Assembly (NCBI GenBank): GCA_035776655.1
Contig: DASTWK010000047.1
Coordinates: 1,259-65,258 of the forward strand
Source of the DNA: Mycobacteriales bacterium
GTDB lineage: Bacteria > Actinomycetota > Actinomycetes > JAFAQI01
Length of the DNA: 64,000 nt
Direction of reading: 5' to 3'
The position numbers and the translations under genes were made by a program. Below, piece by piece: positions 53,173 through 64,000 of the stretch (positions are counted from its first letter, which is position 1; the number at the start of each line of letters is the position of its first letter). The notes beneath the pieces are model-generated. The model searched no databases and was not told where the DNA came from. It saw only the letters and a list, made by a program, of their open reading frames with translations.

Positions 53173-53187
53173 GGCGAGCAGTCTGCA

Positions 53188-54156
53188 CTACTCGTACTCG
53201 ACGACCGCCGGACGTGGCCGCAGGTGTCGCACCTGCGCGGGCGAGAGCAGGTTGACGTCCCAGTCGTAGAAGAGCTTGAACCCCAGCGGGAAGCGATGGC
53301 CGCGGGCGAAGTCGGCGTACTTTCCCAGCTTGGCCGCCCGTGAGCCGAAGCCGTCGACGTTGAACACCATGGCGAGATGTCGACGGTTTCGCAGGGCGCG
53401 CTTGTCCCGGACCATGTCATCGGTGAACTCGTGCACCAGCAGCAGCTTCTGCGGCAACCGATGCGCCACCGTCAGGCGTTCGAGCCACCGCGACACCGCA
53501 TTGATGCTGCGCGCGCCGGTGTGGCCGATACGCGACAACGGCAGCTGGTTGCCGTAGAGCTTCCACTCCGGGTCGAGCCCGAGACCGACGTAGGGCAACC
53601 GCAGCCACCGCCGCAACGCGCGCGCATCGGCGAGAAAGCGACCGCGACCGGGCTGGATGTCGAGGATCAGCAACGCGTGGTGCCGTCGCGCCGCCCGCGC
53701 GTAACGAGTGATGGTGTGGTCGGAGATGCGGCTGGAGTAGTTGTGTTGGTTGCCGCGGCTACGGGTGGCGACGAACGCGATGAGCTCGTACGCCGGGAGC
53801 ACCCGCGCGTGAGCGGCTCGGTAGGGGCGGGCCTGCCGGGCGAGAGCCGGCCACACCCCCTCCGGTGTACCGGTGCCGAGGACGCCGAGCGTGGGAGTGC
53901 CGGCCGCGCCGTAGAACGCGACCACACGGTGTGCCGGCAGCAACCGGCGCGTCCCGTCCGGCAGCGTGGCCGGGGCGGGCGCGAGCTGCCGCGGCGGGCG
54001 CACGATCGGCATCGGGAAGTCCGCGGGGACGGCAGCCACCGCTGTCGGGCGGACCGGCAATCGGTCCGACCGCTCGGCGACACCGCTCTGGCACGCGGCA
54101 CCGCTGGACAGGACGATGCCGAGCAGTGCGAGTGCGGTGAGCCACCGGCGGTTCAC
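53188..54156 (-). CDS. secreted or lipobox-like protein, unknown function
   Basis: 322 aa with a signal peptide ending VLSSGAAC. It lies 15 nt upstream of the rhomboid gene on the same strand. I recognise no family. Confidence 0.68.
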   Translation of the reverse strand: MNRRWLTALALLGIVLSSGAACQSGVAERSDRLPVRPTAVAAVPADFPMPIVRPPRQLAPAPATLPDGTRRLLPAHRVVAFYGAAGTPTLGVLGTGTPEGVWPALARQARPYRAAHARVLPAYELIAFVATRSRGNQHNYSSRISDHTITRYARAARRHHALLILDIQPGRGRFLADARALRRWLRLPYVGLGLDPEWKLYGNQLPLSRIGHTGARSINAVSRWLERLTVAHRLPQKLLLVHEFTDDMVRDKRALRNRRHLAMVFNVDGFGSRAAKLGKYADFARGHRFPLGFKLFYDWDVNLLSPAQVRHLRPRPAVVEYE

Positions 54157-54198
54157 GGGCGAGTCCCTGGTCGAGCGCCGAACGCCGCCGGCGATGTC

Positions 54199-55575
54199 CT
54201 AGATGCCCAGATCTTCCAGCATCTCGGTCACGAGCGCAGCGATTGGCGAACGCTCGGAGCGGGTGAGTGTGACGTGCGCGAACAGCGGGTGACCCTTGAG
54301 CGCTTCGATGACCGCGGCCACTCCGTCGTGCCGGCCGACCCGCAGGTTGTCCCGCTGCGCGACGTCGTGGGTGAGCACGACGCGCGAGTTCTGCCCGACG
54401 CGGGACAGCACGGTGAGCAGCACGCCGCGTTCGAGCGACTGGGCTTCGTCGACGATGACGAACGCGTCGTGCAGGCTGCGGCCGCGGATGTGGGTGAGCG
54501 GCAACACCTCGAGCAGGCCGCGGTCGAGCACCTCGTCGATCACCGCCGGGGCGACGAGGGCACCGAGGGTGTCGTAGACGGCCTGGCCCCAGGGCGACAT
54601 CTTCTCGGCTTCGGTGCCGGGCAGGTAGCCGAGATCCTGACCGCCGACGGCGTAGAGCGGGCGGAAGACCATGACCTTGCGGTGCTGCCGGCGTTCGAGC
54701 ACTGCCTCCAGGCCGGCGCACAGCGCCAGCGCCGACTTGCCGGTGCCGGCCCGCCCGCCCAGCGACACGATGCCGACCTCCGGGTCGAGCAACAGGTCGA
54801 GCGCGACCCGCTGCTCGGCGCTGCGCCCGTGCACACCGAACGCCTCGCGGTCACCGCGCACCAGCCGCACCCGCTTGTCCGCCGTCACCCGGCCGAGGGC
54901 GCTGCCGCGCTCCGACAACAGCACGAGGCCGGTGTGACACGGCAGCTCGGCCGCCTCGACGAGGTCGATCGACTCCTCGACGTACAACGCGTCGATCTCG
55001 GCGCCGCCGACCTCGATCTCGGTCATGCCGGTCCAGCCGGACTCGACCTGCTCGGCGAGGTATTCCTGCGCATGCAAGCCGATGCTCGCCGCCTTGATCC
55101 GCAGCGGCATGTCCTTGCTGACGAGGACGACGTCGCAGCCCTCGGCGGCGAGGTTGCGGGCGACGGCGAGCAGCCGGGAGTCGTTGTCTCCCAACCGATA
55201 GCCCTGGGGCAGGACCGCGGGATCGCTGTGGTTGAGCTCCACCCGCACCGTGCCGCCGACGTCGTTGACCGGCAACGGCTCGTCGAGCCGGCCGTGCTCG
55301 AGCCGCAGGCCGTCGAGCAGCCGCAACGACTGGCGGGCGAACCAGCCCAGCTCGGGATGGTTGCGTTTCGCCTCGAGCTCGGTGATGACCACGATCGGCA
55401 GCACGACCTCGTGCTCGTCGAAGCGGCTGATCGCGGCCGGGTCGGAGAGCAGCACGCTCGTGTCGAGCACGAACGTGCGGCGCGGCGGTTTGCGTCGGCG
55501 CGTCCGGGGGGCGCGGGCCGTGCTGGTGGTGCTGGTGGTGCGGTGCTGCGTCGAGTCCGCCGCGGTCGAGGTCAA
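54199..55575 (-). CDS. phoH2: PhoH2-type protein (N-terminal PIN domain + PhoH ATPase)
   Basis: The TTG start sits behind an AGGAGG SD. The PIN region is FVLDTSVLL...ITELE. The PhoH Walker A is GRAGTGKS, with IVDEAQ. Confidence 0.88.
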   Translation of the reverse strand: MTSTAADSTQHRTTSTTSTARAPRTRRRKPPRRTFVLDTSVLLSDPAAISRFDEHEVVLPIVVITELEAKRNHPELGWFARQSLRLLDGLRLEHGRLDEPLPVNDVGGTVRVELNHSDPAVLPQGYRLGDNDSRLLAVARNLAAEGCDVVLVSKDMPLRIKAASIGLHAQEYLAEQVESGWTGMTEIEVGGAEIDALYVEESIDLVEAAELPCHTGLVLLSERGSALGRVTADKRVRLVRGDREAFGVHGRSAEQRVALDLLLDPEVGIVSLGGRAGTGKSALALCAGLEAVLERRQHRKVMVFRPLYAVGGQDLGYLPGTEAEKMSPWGQAVYDTLGALVAPAVIDEVLDRGLLEVLPLTHIRGRSLHDAFVIVDEAQSLERGVLLTVLSRVGQNSRVVLTHDVAQRDNLRVGRHDGVAAVIEALKGHPLFAHVTLTRSERSPIAALVTEMLEDLGI

Positions 55576-55733
55576 CAGCGCCTCCTGGGAGGGGGCGGCC
55601 GCAGTCTGCGTCCGCCAGGACCGACGGTACGGCGCTCGTACGGCTGGAGGAGAACGACACGCGGCGGCGAAGTAGTTGTAGGCGCCTTACCCGGGTGCCG
55701 CTTCCATCCCCCTGGAGCACGGAGAGATCAACC

Positions 55734-58433
55734 ATGACCATTTCGGCGAGACGGTGGACCGCGGCTGCGCTGGGGTTGCTCCTCGCCGCTGGCGGCGTGG
55801 CGGCCGTCGACGCGTCTGCGGCGGGGACCCCGACCGTCGGCGTCGGCGGATCAGGCCCCGCGGCAGCGACGTACGACGGCAGCGTCGGCCCCGGCAACCC
55901 TGACCTGCTCGGCCCGCCGGCACCGGTCTGCCAGCAGCAGGCAGGGTGCCAGCAGCAGCCCGTCGTGTTGAAGGCACCGAGCGGCTGGACCGACACCCAC
56001 ACGATCACCCTCGGTGTCGCGCTGAAATATCCCGCCGACCACTCCGACGACCTCGACGTCGGCATCTTCGACAAGGACGGCAACCTGCTCGCGAGTGAGT
56101 TCGCCGTCAGCGCCGGCCAGGTGGTCGCTGCGGCCAACGTTGCTCCCGGCACCTACACCATCGAGGTCGACGGCGACATCACGACGCTGCCCTCCAACGC
56201 CTACACCGCGACGGTGACGGCCTCGTCGACGAAGAAGTACGTGCCGCCGCTACGGTCCCGCGGCGGGTTGAGCTTCGGGACGCCGACGTTGACCGACCCG
56301 TTCCGGCTCGGCACCGAGCCCAACATCGCGGTCGCGCCCGACAACAAGACGGTTTACGAGAGCCCGATCTTCGGCTTCTCCACCACCCAGTCGTTCTTGT
56401 CCCGCAGCACCGACGGCGGCCGCACGTTCAACACGCTCGGGCTGCCCGGGGTCGGCAAGCTCGACCAGTGCACCGGTGGCGGTGACAGTGACATCGCCAC
56501 CGACGCCTTCGCCGGTGACATCTACATGATCGACCTGGGCGGTGCACCCGAGGTGCCGGCGCGGGTCTCCCACGACCGGGGCAAGACGTTCACCAGCTCG
56601 TGCGAAGCCAACTTCAACGACGGGTTCAACTACTTCACCGACCGGCAGTGGCTCGCCACCGACCTCAGGCACAAGGTGATGTGGTACATCTACCGCGACG
56701 GCGTCATCAACACGGAGACCGCTCCGGTCGTCGGTGGCACCGAGCTCGGCAAGCAGGGCTACGGCGAGTTCCTCAAGTACGCACCGCTGCCGAGCAAGGC
56801 CGGCACCGCGGGCGCGGCTCAGCTGAAGTTCAAGAACATCTGTGACAGCACCACCGGCATCGCGACGCCGTGCTTCAACGACCTCGACATCGCCGGCAAC
56901 CCGCTGACCGACAACACACCGTCGAGCCCGCACTACGGCACGACGTACCTCGCCATCGAGCGTCCCGCGGGCGTCAGCGTCGCGACGTTCGACACCAGCG
57001 GCGCGAAGAGCGTGCACGAATACACGGTCGCCGCCGGGCACCACCAGGTGCTGTTCCCGACGGTTGCCGTCGACCGCGCCGGCACCGTCTACATGGCCTG
57101 GACCGACGTGACCAACTACCGCGTCTACCTCGCCCACAGCGTCGGCACCAAGCTGACCAGCCAGCGCTGCTCGGCGAAGGTGACGACGAACTGCTGGACC
57201 AAGCCGGTCGTGGTCAACGGCGCACCGGTGCAGACGACCGTGATGCCGTGGGTGGTCGCCGGCGACAAGGGACGGATCGACGTCGTCTTCTACGGCACGG
57301 CCAACCCCAAGGCGCCGACATTGAACTACGGCCCCTGGTACCCCTACATGGCGCAGAGCCTCGACGCCACCAAGGCCAAGCCGACATTCAGCCAGGCGCG
57401 GATGACCGACCACCCGAACCACATCGACCCGGTCTGCCTGTCCGGGCTCGGCTGCACGGTGGACACGGGGCCGGGCGGCGACCGCGAGCTCGGCGACTTC
57501 TTCCGGGTCGCGATCGACGGCCACGGTCGGGCGCTGGTGTCCTACGCCGACGGTGACAACCAGCTCGGCCAGGAGGTCGCCAACGGACCGCTGGCCGCGC
57601 CGTCGTTCGCCGACTTCGTACGGCAGTCGACCGGTCCGTCGCTCTACAAGAAGGTCGGCAACCTGCCGGCGGTCGCGAAGCCGAAGCAGTGCGTGACGGT
57701 CGGGCCGCACCACAATCCCGTGCCGTTCGTCGTGACCGGAACCGGCACCCAAGGCCAGGACGTCCCGGCGTTGCAGCTGCGCGGCAGCTGCCTGCAGCGG
57801 CTGTCGAACGGTGACCTGCGGGCCACCCTCACCGTCGCGGACCTCGACCCGACCGCGGCCACCTCGGCACCGGCACTGCCGACGGCGACCTATCTGGTGC
57901 GCTGGATCTACAAGCACAAGGTCTACTTCGCGGCCGCCGAGTCCGACGCGGGGCAGTGGCGATACTTCTCCGGTCAGGCCGCGCCGGTCTCCGACGGCCT
58001 GGCCATCAAGTACGCCTACTACCCGGCGTCCGGCACGGCGACCGGGCACACCGATGCGCAGAGCAAGACGATCACGATCACGGTGCCGAAGTCGCAGGTT
58101 GGCGCTCCACCCGCCGGCGCGCGGTTGTCGACGGTGACCGGCTACGCCCTCACCCACAGCCTGCCAACGGCGAACGTGCCGCCGACGGCCGCCAACTTCA
58201 GCGACTTCCCGCAGGTGGCGGACGTCCTGCCGGCCTACACGGCGGTGCTGAAGTCGACGACGAAGACGCGCGCCGCCGCCGGGAGTGCGGGCACATCGCC
58301 GGCCGCTCGGGGTCCGGTGGCGGACGTGGGCAGCTCGCCGTTACTGCCCGCGCTGGCCGCGCTGCTGCTGCTCGGCGCGGCCGCCTGCGGCGTGCGCGCC
58401 GGATGGGCGGTACGCCGGCCGGCGCTCGCCTAG
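55734..58433 (+). CDS. large secreted protein: PPC-like domain + BNR/Asp-box beta-propeller + C-terminal hydrophobic anchor
   Basis: The ATG at 55734 sits behind a GGAGAG SD and begins a signal peptide. It has DLDVGIFDKDGNLL...GTYTIEVDGD (PPC-like), Asp-boxes SRSTDGGRTF and SHDRGKTF, and the tail LLPALAALLLLGAAACGVRAGWAVRR. Confidence 0.8.
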   Translation: MTISARRWTAAALGLLLAAGGVAAVDASAAGTPTVGVGGSGPAAATYDGSVGPGNPDLLGPPAPVCQQQAGCQQQPVVLKAPSGWTDTHTITLGVALKYPADHSDDLDVGIFDKDGNLLASEFAVSAGQVVAAANVAPGTYTIEVDGDITTLPSNAYTATVTASSTKKYVPPLRSRGGLSFGTPTLTDPFRLGTEPNIAVAPDNKTVYESPIFGFSTTQSFLSRSTDGGRTFNTLGLPGVGKLDQCTGGGDSDIATDAFAGDIYMIDLGGAPEVPARVSHDRGKTFTSSCEANFNDGFNYFTDRQWLATDLRHKVMWYIYRDGVINTETAPVVGGTELGKQGYGEFLKYAPLPSKAGTAGAAQLKFKNICDSTTGIATPCFNDLDIAGNPLTDNTPSSPHYGTTYLAIERPAGVSVATFDTSGAKSVHEYTVAAGHHQVLFPTVAVDRAGTVYMAWTDVTNYRVYLAHSVGTKLTSQRCSAKVTTNCWTKPVVVNGAPVQTTVMPWVVAGDKGRIDVVFYGTANPKAPTLNYGPWYPYMAQSLDATKAKPTFSQARMTDHPNHIDPVCLSGLGCTVDTGPGGDRELGDFFRVAIDGHGRALVSYADGDNQLGQEVANGPLAAPSFADFVRQSTGPSLYKKVGNLPAVAKPKQCVTVGPHHNPVPFVVTGTGTQGQDVPALQLRGSCLQRLSNGDLRATLTVADLDPTAATSAPALPTATYLVRWIYKHKVYFAAAESDAGQWRYFSGQAAPVSDGLAIKYAYYPASGTATGHTDAQSKTITITVPKSQVGAPPAGARLSTVTGYALTHSLPTANVPPTAANFSDFPQVADVLPAYTAVLKSTTKTRAAAGSAGTSPAARGPVADVGSSPLLPALAALLLLGAAACGVRAGWAVRRPALA

Positions 58434-58459
58434 TCCGGCTCAGGCGGACGACAGACGCG

Positions 58460-58489
58460 CGGGGTGCGGCCCAACCGGGCCGCACCCCG
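58460..58489. terminator. bidirectional hairpin terminator (13-bp perfect stem)
   Basis: CGGGGTGCGGCCC-aacc-GGGCCGCACCCCG lies between convergent genes. Confidence 0.6.
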
Positions 58490-58496
58490 ACTGCGG

Positions 58497-59264
58497 TCAG
58501 CCGCCGAACCGCCGGCTGCGCTGGGCGTAGGAGCGCAACGCGCGCAGGAAGTCGATCCGGCGGAAGTCGGGCCACAACGCATCGCAGAAGTAGAACTCCG
58601 AGTGGGCGCTCTGCCACAGCAGGAACCCACCGAGCCGCTGCTCCCCCGACGTACGGATCACGAGGTCGGGGTCGGGCTGGCCACGCGTGTAGAGGTGCTC
58701 GGCGATGTGCTCGGCGTCGAGCGCGGCGGCGACCTCCTCCAGCGAGGCACCCTGCTCGGCGTGCGCCTGCAACAGTCCGCGCACGGCATCGGCGATCTCG
58801 CGGCGCCCGCCATATCCGACGGCCGCGTTGACGATCAGACCCGGCTTGTCGCGGGTGGCCTCCTCGGCCTCCTTGAGCACCCGGACGGTCGTGTCGGGCA
58901 GCAGGTCGAGCGAGCCGACCGGGTGCACGCGCCAGGGGTTCTCGGGCCGGGCCAGGTCACGGACCGTGTCCTCGATGATGCCGAGCAGCGGCACGAGCTC
59001 GTCGGGTGAGCGGTTGAGGTTGTCGCTGGACAGCAGCCACAGGGTGACGACCTCGACGTGCGCCTCCTCGCACCACCCGAGCAGGTCGAGGATGTGGGCC
59101 GCGCCGGCGCGGTGACCGTGACTGACGTGGCTCGCGCCGGCCGCCTTCGCCCACCGCCGGTTGCCGTCGAGGATGACGCCGACGTGCCGGGGGCGCGGGC
59201 CGGCGGGGATGGAACGGGCGAGCCGGCGTTCATAGACGCCATAGACCAGCTCCCGCACGCCCAC
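58497..59264 (-). CDS. uppS: cis-isoprenyl diphosphate synthase (UppS family; resembles mycobacterial short-chain Z-prenyl transferase)
   Basis: Track ORF 58497..59687 is over-extended. The GTG at 59264 lies 6 nt after a GAGGAGG SD and gives 255 aa. Motifs are HVGVILDGNRRWA and DLVIRTSGEQRLGGFLLWQ. Confidence 0.88.
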   Translation of the reverse strand: MGVRELVYGVYERRLARSIPAGPRPRHVGVILDGNRRWAKAAGASHVSHGHRAGAAHILDLLGWCEEAHVEVVTLWLLSSDNLNRSPDELVPLLGIIEDTVRDLARPENPWRVHPVGSLDLLPDTTVRVLKEAEEATRDKPGLIVNAAVGYGGRREIADAVRGLLQAHAEQGASLEEVAAALDAEHIAEHLYTRGQPDPDLVIRTSGEQRLGGFLLWQSAHSEFYFCDALWPDFRRIDFLRALRSYAQRSRRFGG

Positions 59265-59370
59265 CTGGTGCCTCCTCGGCTCCAGGTTAGTCGCGTAGCC
59301 GTCGCGGCGAACCGAAACGGCGCGCGCGCAGTCATACACGCAGGACGTCCGGCCCTGACGAGGGGGAGCT

Positions 59371-60126
59371 ATGGCATACATCCGCATGCATCGCTGGCCG
59401 TGGCTGGTGGGGGTCGCTGCGCTGGTCGCGGGCCTGCTGGTGGTGACCGGCGTCGGCCGCGGCGGCGGCCGGGCCGCGATCGCCGCCGACACCGTCCCGG
59501 ACGACACGGTGGCGGTCACCGGCATCGGTACGGCGGACGGCACGCCGGACACGTTGACGGTCGACTTCACCGTGCACGTCAACCGCGGGGACGTGCAGTC
59601 GGCGCTCGACGCGCAGGCCGCGGCGACCCGACGGGTGCTCGCCAAGCTCCGCCGCGACGGAGTCGACAACAAGCACCTGCGCACCACCGACCTGTCGCTC
59701 TATCGCCGCTATGACAACCACGGCAACCCGATCGGCTACACCGCCAGCAACACCCTCGAGGCGCGTATCACTCCGTTGACTCACGCCGGCCGCACGATCA
59801 GCGATGCCGCCGCGACGTCGTCGCACGTCGACGTCGGCGACCTACGGTTCGACATCGCCAACGACGACCAGCTGATGACGCAGGCGCGAGCGAACGCCTA
59901 CGCCGATGCCAAGCAGCGGGCGGAGCAGTACGCGGCACTGTCGGGCCGCTCGCTGGGGCGGGTCGAGAAGGTGAACGAGACGGTGCGGGCGCCGGAGCAG
60001 CCGCAGCCCCAGGTCTATGCCGACGCGCTGTCCGCGGGTTCGGCCGGGCGGGCGGCCGCGGTGCCGATCCAGGCGGGGCAACAGACGCTGCTGGTGCGCG
60101 TCACGATCATCTGGCAGCTCACCTAG
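59371..60126 (+). CDS. SIMPL (DUF541) domain protein, membrane-anchored or secreted
   Basis: 251 aa with an N-terminal TM or signal segment. The body has the SIMPL pattern (GTADGTPDTLTVDFTV...ARANAYADAKQRAEQYAALSG...). Confidence 0.78.
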   Translation: MAYIRMHRWPWLVGVAALVAGLLVVTGVGRGGGRAAIAADTVPDDTVAVTGIGTADGTPDTLTVDFTVHVNRGDVQSALDAQAAATRRVLAKLRRDGVDNKHLRTTDLSLYRRYDNHGNPIGYTASNTLEARITPLTHAGRTISDAAATSSHVDVGDLRFDIANDDQLMTQARANAYADAKQRAEQYAALSGRSLGRVEKVNETVRAPEQPQPQVYADALSAGSAGRAAAVPIQAGQQTLLVRVTIIWQLT

Positions 60127-60150
60127 CCGGAGCGCCCTCCTGGTGCGGGC

Positions 60151-61968
60151 TCAGCCGAGGCGCTGCTCGAGCTGGTCGAGCTCGTCCCACAGCGGCTTCG
60201 GCAGGTGCTCGCCGAACCGCTGGTAGTGCGGCTTGACCTGCTCGGCCTCGCCCTGCCACGCCTCGTTGTCGACGCTGAGCAGCAGCTCGAGCTGCTCGTC
60301 GGTGAGGTCGAGGCCGGAGAGGTCCAGCGACTCCTTGGTCGGCACGAGACCGATCGCAGTTTCCGTCGCCTCGGCGGTGCCGTCGAGCCGCTCGACGATC
60401 CACTTCAGCACGCGGCTGTTGTCACCGAAGCCGGGCCAGACGAACTTGCCGTTGGCATCCTTGCGGAACCAGTTGACGTAGTAGATCCGCGGCAGCTTCG
60501 AGGCGTCGGCCTTGGCGCCGGTCGCGAGCCAGTGGCCGAAGTAGTCCCCCATGTTGTAGCCGCAGAACGGCAGCATCGCAAACGGGTCGCGGCGCAGCTC
60601 GCCGACCTTGTTCTCGGCGGCCGCGGTGCCCTCCGACGAGACGTTGGAGGCGAGGAACACCCCGTGCTGCCAGCTGAACGACTCGGTCACCAGCGGCACG
60701 TTGGTGGCACGCCGGCCGCCGAAGAGGATCGCGTCGATCGGCACGCCCTTGGGGTCTTCCCACTCCGGCGCGATCGTCGGGCACTGCGACGCCGGCGCCG
60801 TGAAGCGGGCGTTGGGGTGAGCGGCCGGCTCGTCGCTGTCCGGCGTCCAGTCGCGACCCTTCCAGTCCGTGAGGTGGGCCGGCGGGGTCTTGGTCAGCCC
60901 CTCCCACCACACGTCCCCGTCGTCGGTGAGCGCGACGTTGGTGAAGATGCAGTTGGCGTGCAGCGTGTCCAACGCGTTCTTGTTGGTCTCGGCGCTGGTG
61001 CCGGGAGCGACGCCGAAGAAGCCGGCCTCGGGGTTGATCGCGTGCAGCCGGCCGTCGTCGCCGAAGCGCATCCAGCAGATGTCGTCACCGACGGTCTCGG
61101 CCTTCCAGCCCGGGATCGTCGGCATGAGCATCGCGAGGTTGGTCTTGCCGCAGGCGGAGGGGAACGCGCCGGCGATGTAACGCACGGCGCCCTCCGGCGA
61201 GGTCAGCTTGAGGATCAACATGTGCTCGGCGAACCAGCCCTCGTCGCGGGCCATCACCGACGCGATGCGCAGCGCGTAGCACTTCTTGCCCAGCAGCGCA
61301 TTGCCGCCATAGCCAGAGCCGTAGGACCAGATCTCCCGGCTCTCCGGGTAGTGGACGATGTACTTCGTCTCGTTGCACGGCCAGGCGACGTCCGGCTCGC
61401 CCGCGGCGAGCGGCTTGCCCACCGAGTGCACGGCGGGGACGAAGAATCCGTCGGTGCCGAGCGCGTCCAGCGCGGCCTTGCCCATCCGCGTCATGATCTT
61501 CATGGAGATGACGACGTAGGGCGAGTCGGTGATCTCGACGCCCAAGGCGGAGATCGGCGAACCGAGCGGGCCCATGCAGAACGGCACGACGTACATCGTC
61601 CGGCCGCGCATGCAGCCGTCGAACAGCCCGTTGAGGGTCTGGCGCATCTCGGCCGGTGCGACCCAGTTGTTGGTCGGGCCGGCGTCCGCTTCCTTCTCCG
61701 AGCAGATGAACGTGCGGCTCTCCACCCGCGCGACGTCAGCGGGGTCGCTCTTGGCGTAGAAGGAGTTGGGGCGCTTCTCCGGGTTGAGCTTGATGAGCGT
61801 GCCGGCCGCGACGAGCTGGGTGGTGAGGCGGTCCCACTCCTCCTCGGAGCCGTCGCACCACTCGACCCGGTCGGGCTTGGTGAGCGCCGCGACCTCGCGC
61901 ACCCAGGCAACCAGCTTCGCGTGCTTGGTGGGCGCCTGGTCGAGCCCCGGGATGGTCGCGGTCGTCAT
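60151..61968 (-). CDS. pckG: phosphoenolpyruvate carboxykinase (GTP)
   Basis: 605 aa with the kinase-1a region [13 protein letters not shown], plus GDDICWMRF and [29 protein letters not shown] is present. Confidence 0.95.
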   Translation of the reverse strand: MTTATIPGLDQAPTKHAKLVAWVREVAALTKPDRVEWCDGSEEEWDRLTTQLVAAGTLIKLNPEKRPNSFYAKSDPADVARVESRTFICSEKEADAGPTNNWVAPAEMRQTLNGLFDGCMRGRTMYVVPFCMGPLGSPISALGVEITDSPYVVISMKIMTRMGKAALDALGTDGFFVPAVHSVGKPLAAGEPDVAWPCNETKYIVHYPESREIWSYGSGYGGNALLGKKCYALRIASVMARDEGWFAEHMLILKLTSPEGAVRYIAGAFPSACGKTNLAMLMPTIPGWKAETVGDDICWMRFGDDGRLHAINPEAGFFGVAPGTSAETNKNALDTLHANCIFTNVALTDDGDVWWEGLTKTPPAHLTDWKGRDWTPDSDEPAAHPNARFTAPASQCPTIAPEWEDPKGVPIDAILFGGRRATNVPLVTESFSWQHGVFLASNVSSEGTAAAENKVGELRRDPFAMLPFCGYNMGDYFGHWLATGAKADASKLPRIYYVNWFRKDANGKFVWPGFGDNSRVLKWIVERLDGTAEATETAIGLVPTKESLDLSGLDLTDEQLELLLSVDNEAWQGEAEQVKPHYQRFGEHLPKPLWDELDQLEQRLG

Positions 61969-62058
61969 CAGTGGCTCTCCTCGCCCTCGGAGCTCGTACG
62001 GCGCCCGCCGGGAGCGCCGACAGGACGCCAGAAGTTCCGGGGGCAGCCGCTTGTGAAA

Positions 62059-62067
62059 ACTATAACA
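62059..62067 (-). promoter_or_regulatory. candidate extended -10 (TGTTATAGT) for pckG
   Basis: On the minus strand, TGnTATAGT lies ~90 nt upstream of the pckG ATG. It sits inside an AT-rich 22-bp palindrome (62049..62070). Confidence 0.35.
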
Positions 62068-62094
62068 AGCACTACTTTCCCGGCGTTGTTGCGG

Positions 62095-64000
<1,906 letters not shown>

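Noticed and set aside
52381-58433. I considered a functional link between the rhomboid protease and the C-terminal anchor of the BNR protein (a rhombosortase/GlyGly-CTERM-like system).
   Set aside because: The tail lacks a Gly-Gly motif. The two genes are 2.5 kb apart, on opposite strands, and separated by phoH2 and another gene. The rhomboid looks like the conserved housekeeping actinobacterial type.

Overview
This is a 64-kb window of very GC-rich DNA (about 70% by eye), and I read it as an actinobacterial chromosome. mshB is present, so the organism probably uses mycothiol. From memory, the gene order resembles the mycobacterial Rv1086-Rv1207 region: folP, two LOG genes, dapE/dapD/dapC, fdxA, mshB, ychF, rmuC, ispH, xseAB, glpX, fumarase, phoH2, a Z-prenyl transferase and pckG. 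I called about 57 protein-coding genes and found no rRNA, tRNA or CRISPR array. Many long alternate-frame ORFs in the track are high-GC artefacts and were ignored. Several accessory or unusual pieces interrupt the housekeeping backbone:
1. A 63-bp palindromic repeat family has three copies. Two of them bracket a divergent cysS paralog.
2. A 4.3-copy, 45-bp tandem repeat sits in an intergenic spacer.
3. A chemosensory cluster (cheW, two polytopic MCPs, a CheA-REC hybrid and a REC-GAF output) has no cheB, cheR or flagellar genes in the window. It runs co-directionally behind a divergent FtsH paralog.
4. A small islet carries an XRE regulator, a small ORF, an LPXTG surface protein and an unknown gene.
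5. A DUF222/HNH (13E12-like) element lies between a class I and a class II fumarase. It has a near-consensus promoter and a LexA-box-like site.
6. A lower-GC island encodes a Cys-rich 710-aa secreted Ig-repeat protein next to a LuxR-type two-component system.
7. A 899-aa secreted PPC + BNR-propeller protein ends in a C-terminal anchor.
All calls rest on reading the translated ORFs and the DNA by eye. Start codons are best guesses based on SD or leaderless context. No database search was run, so family names are recollections.
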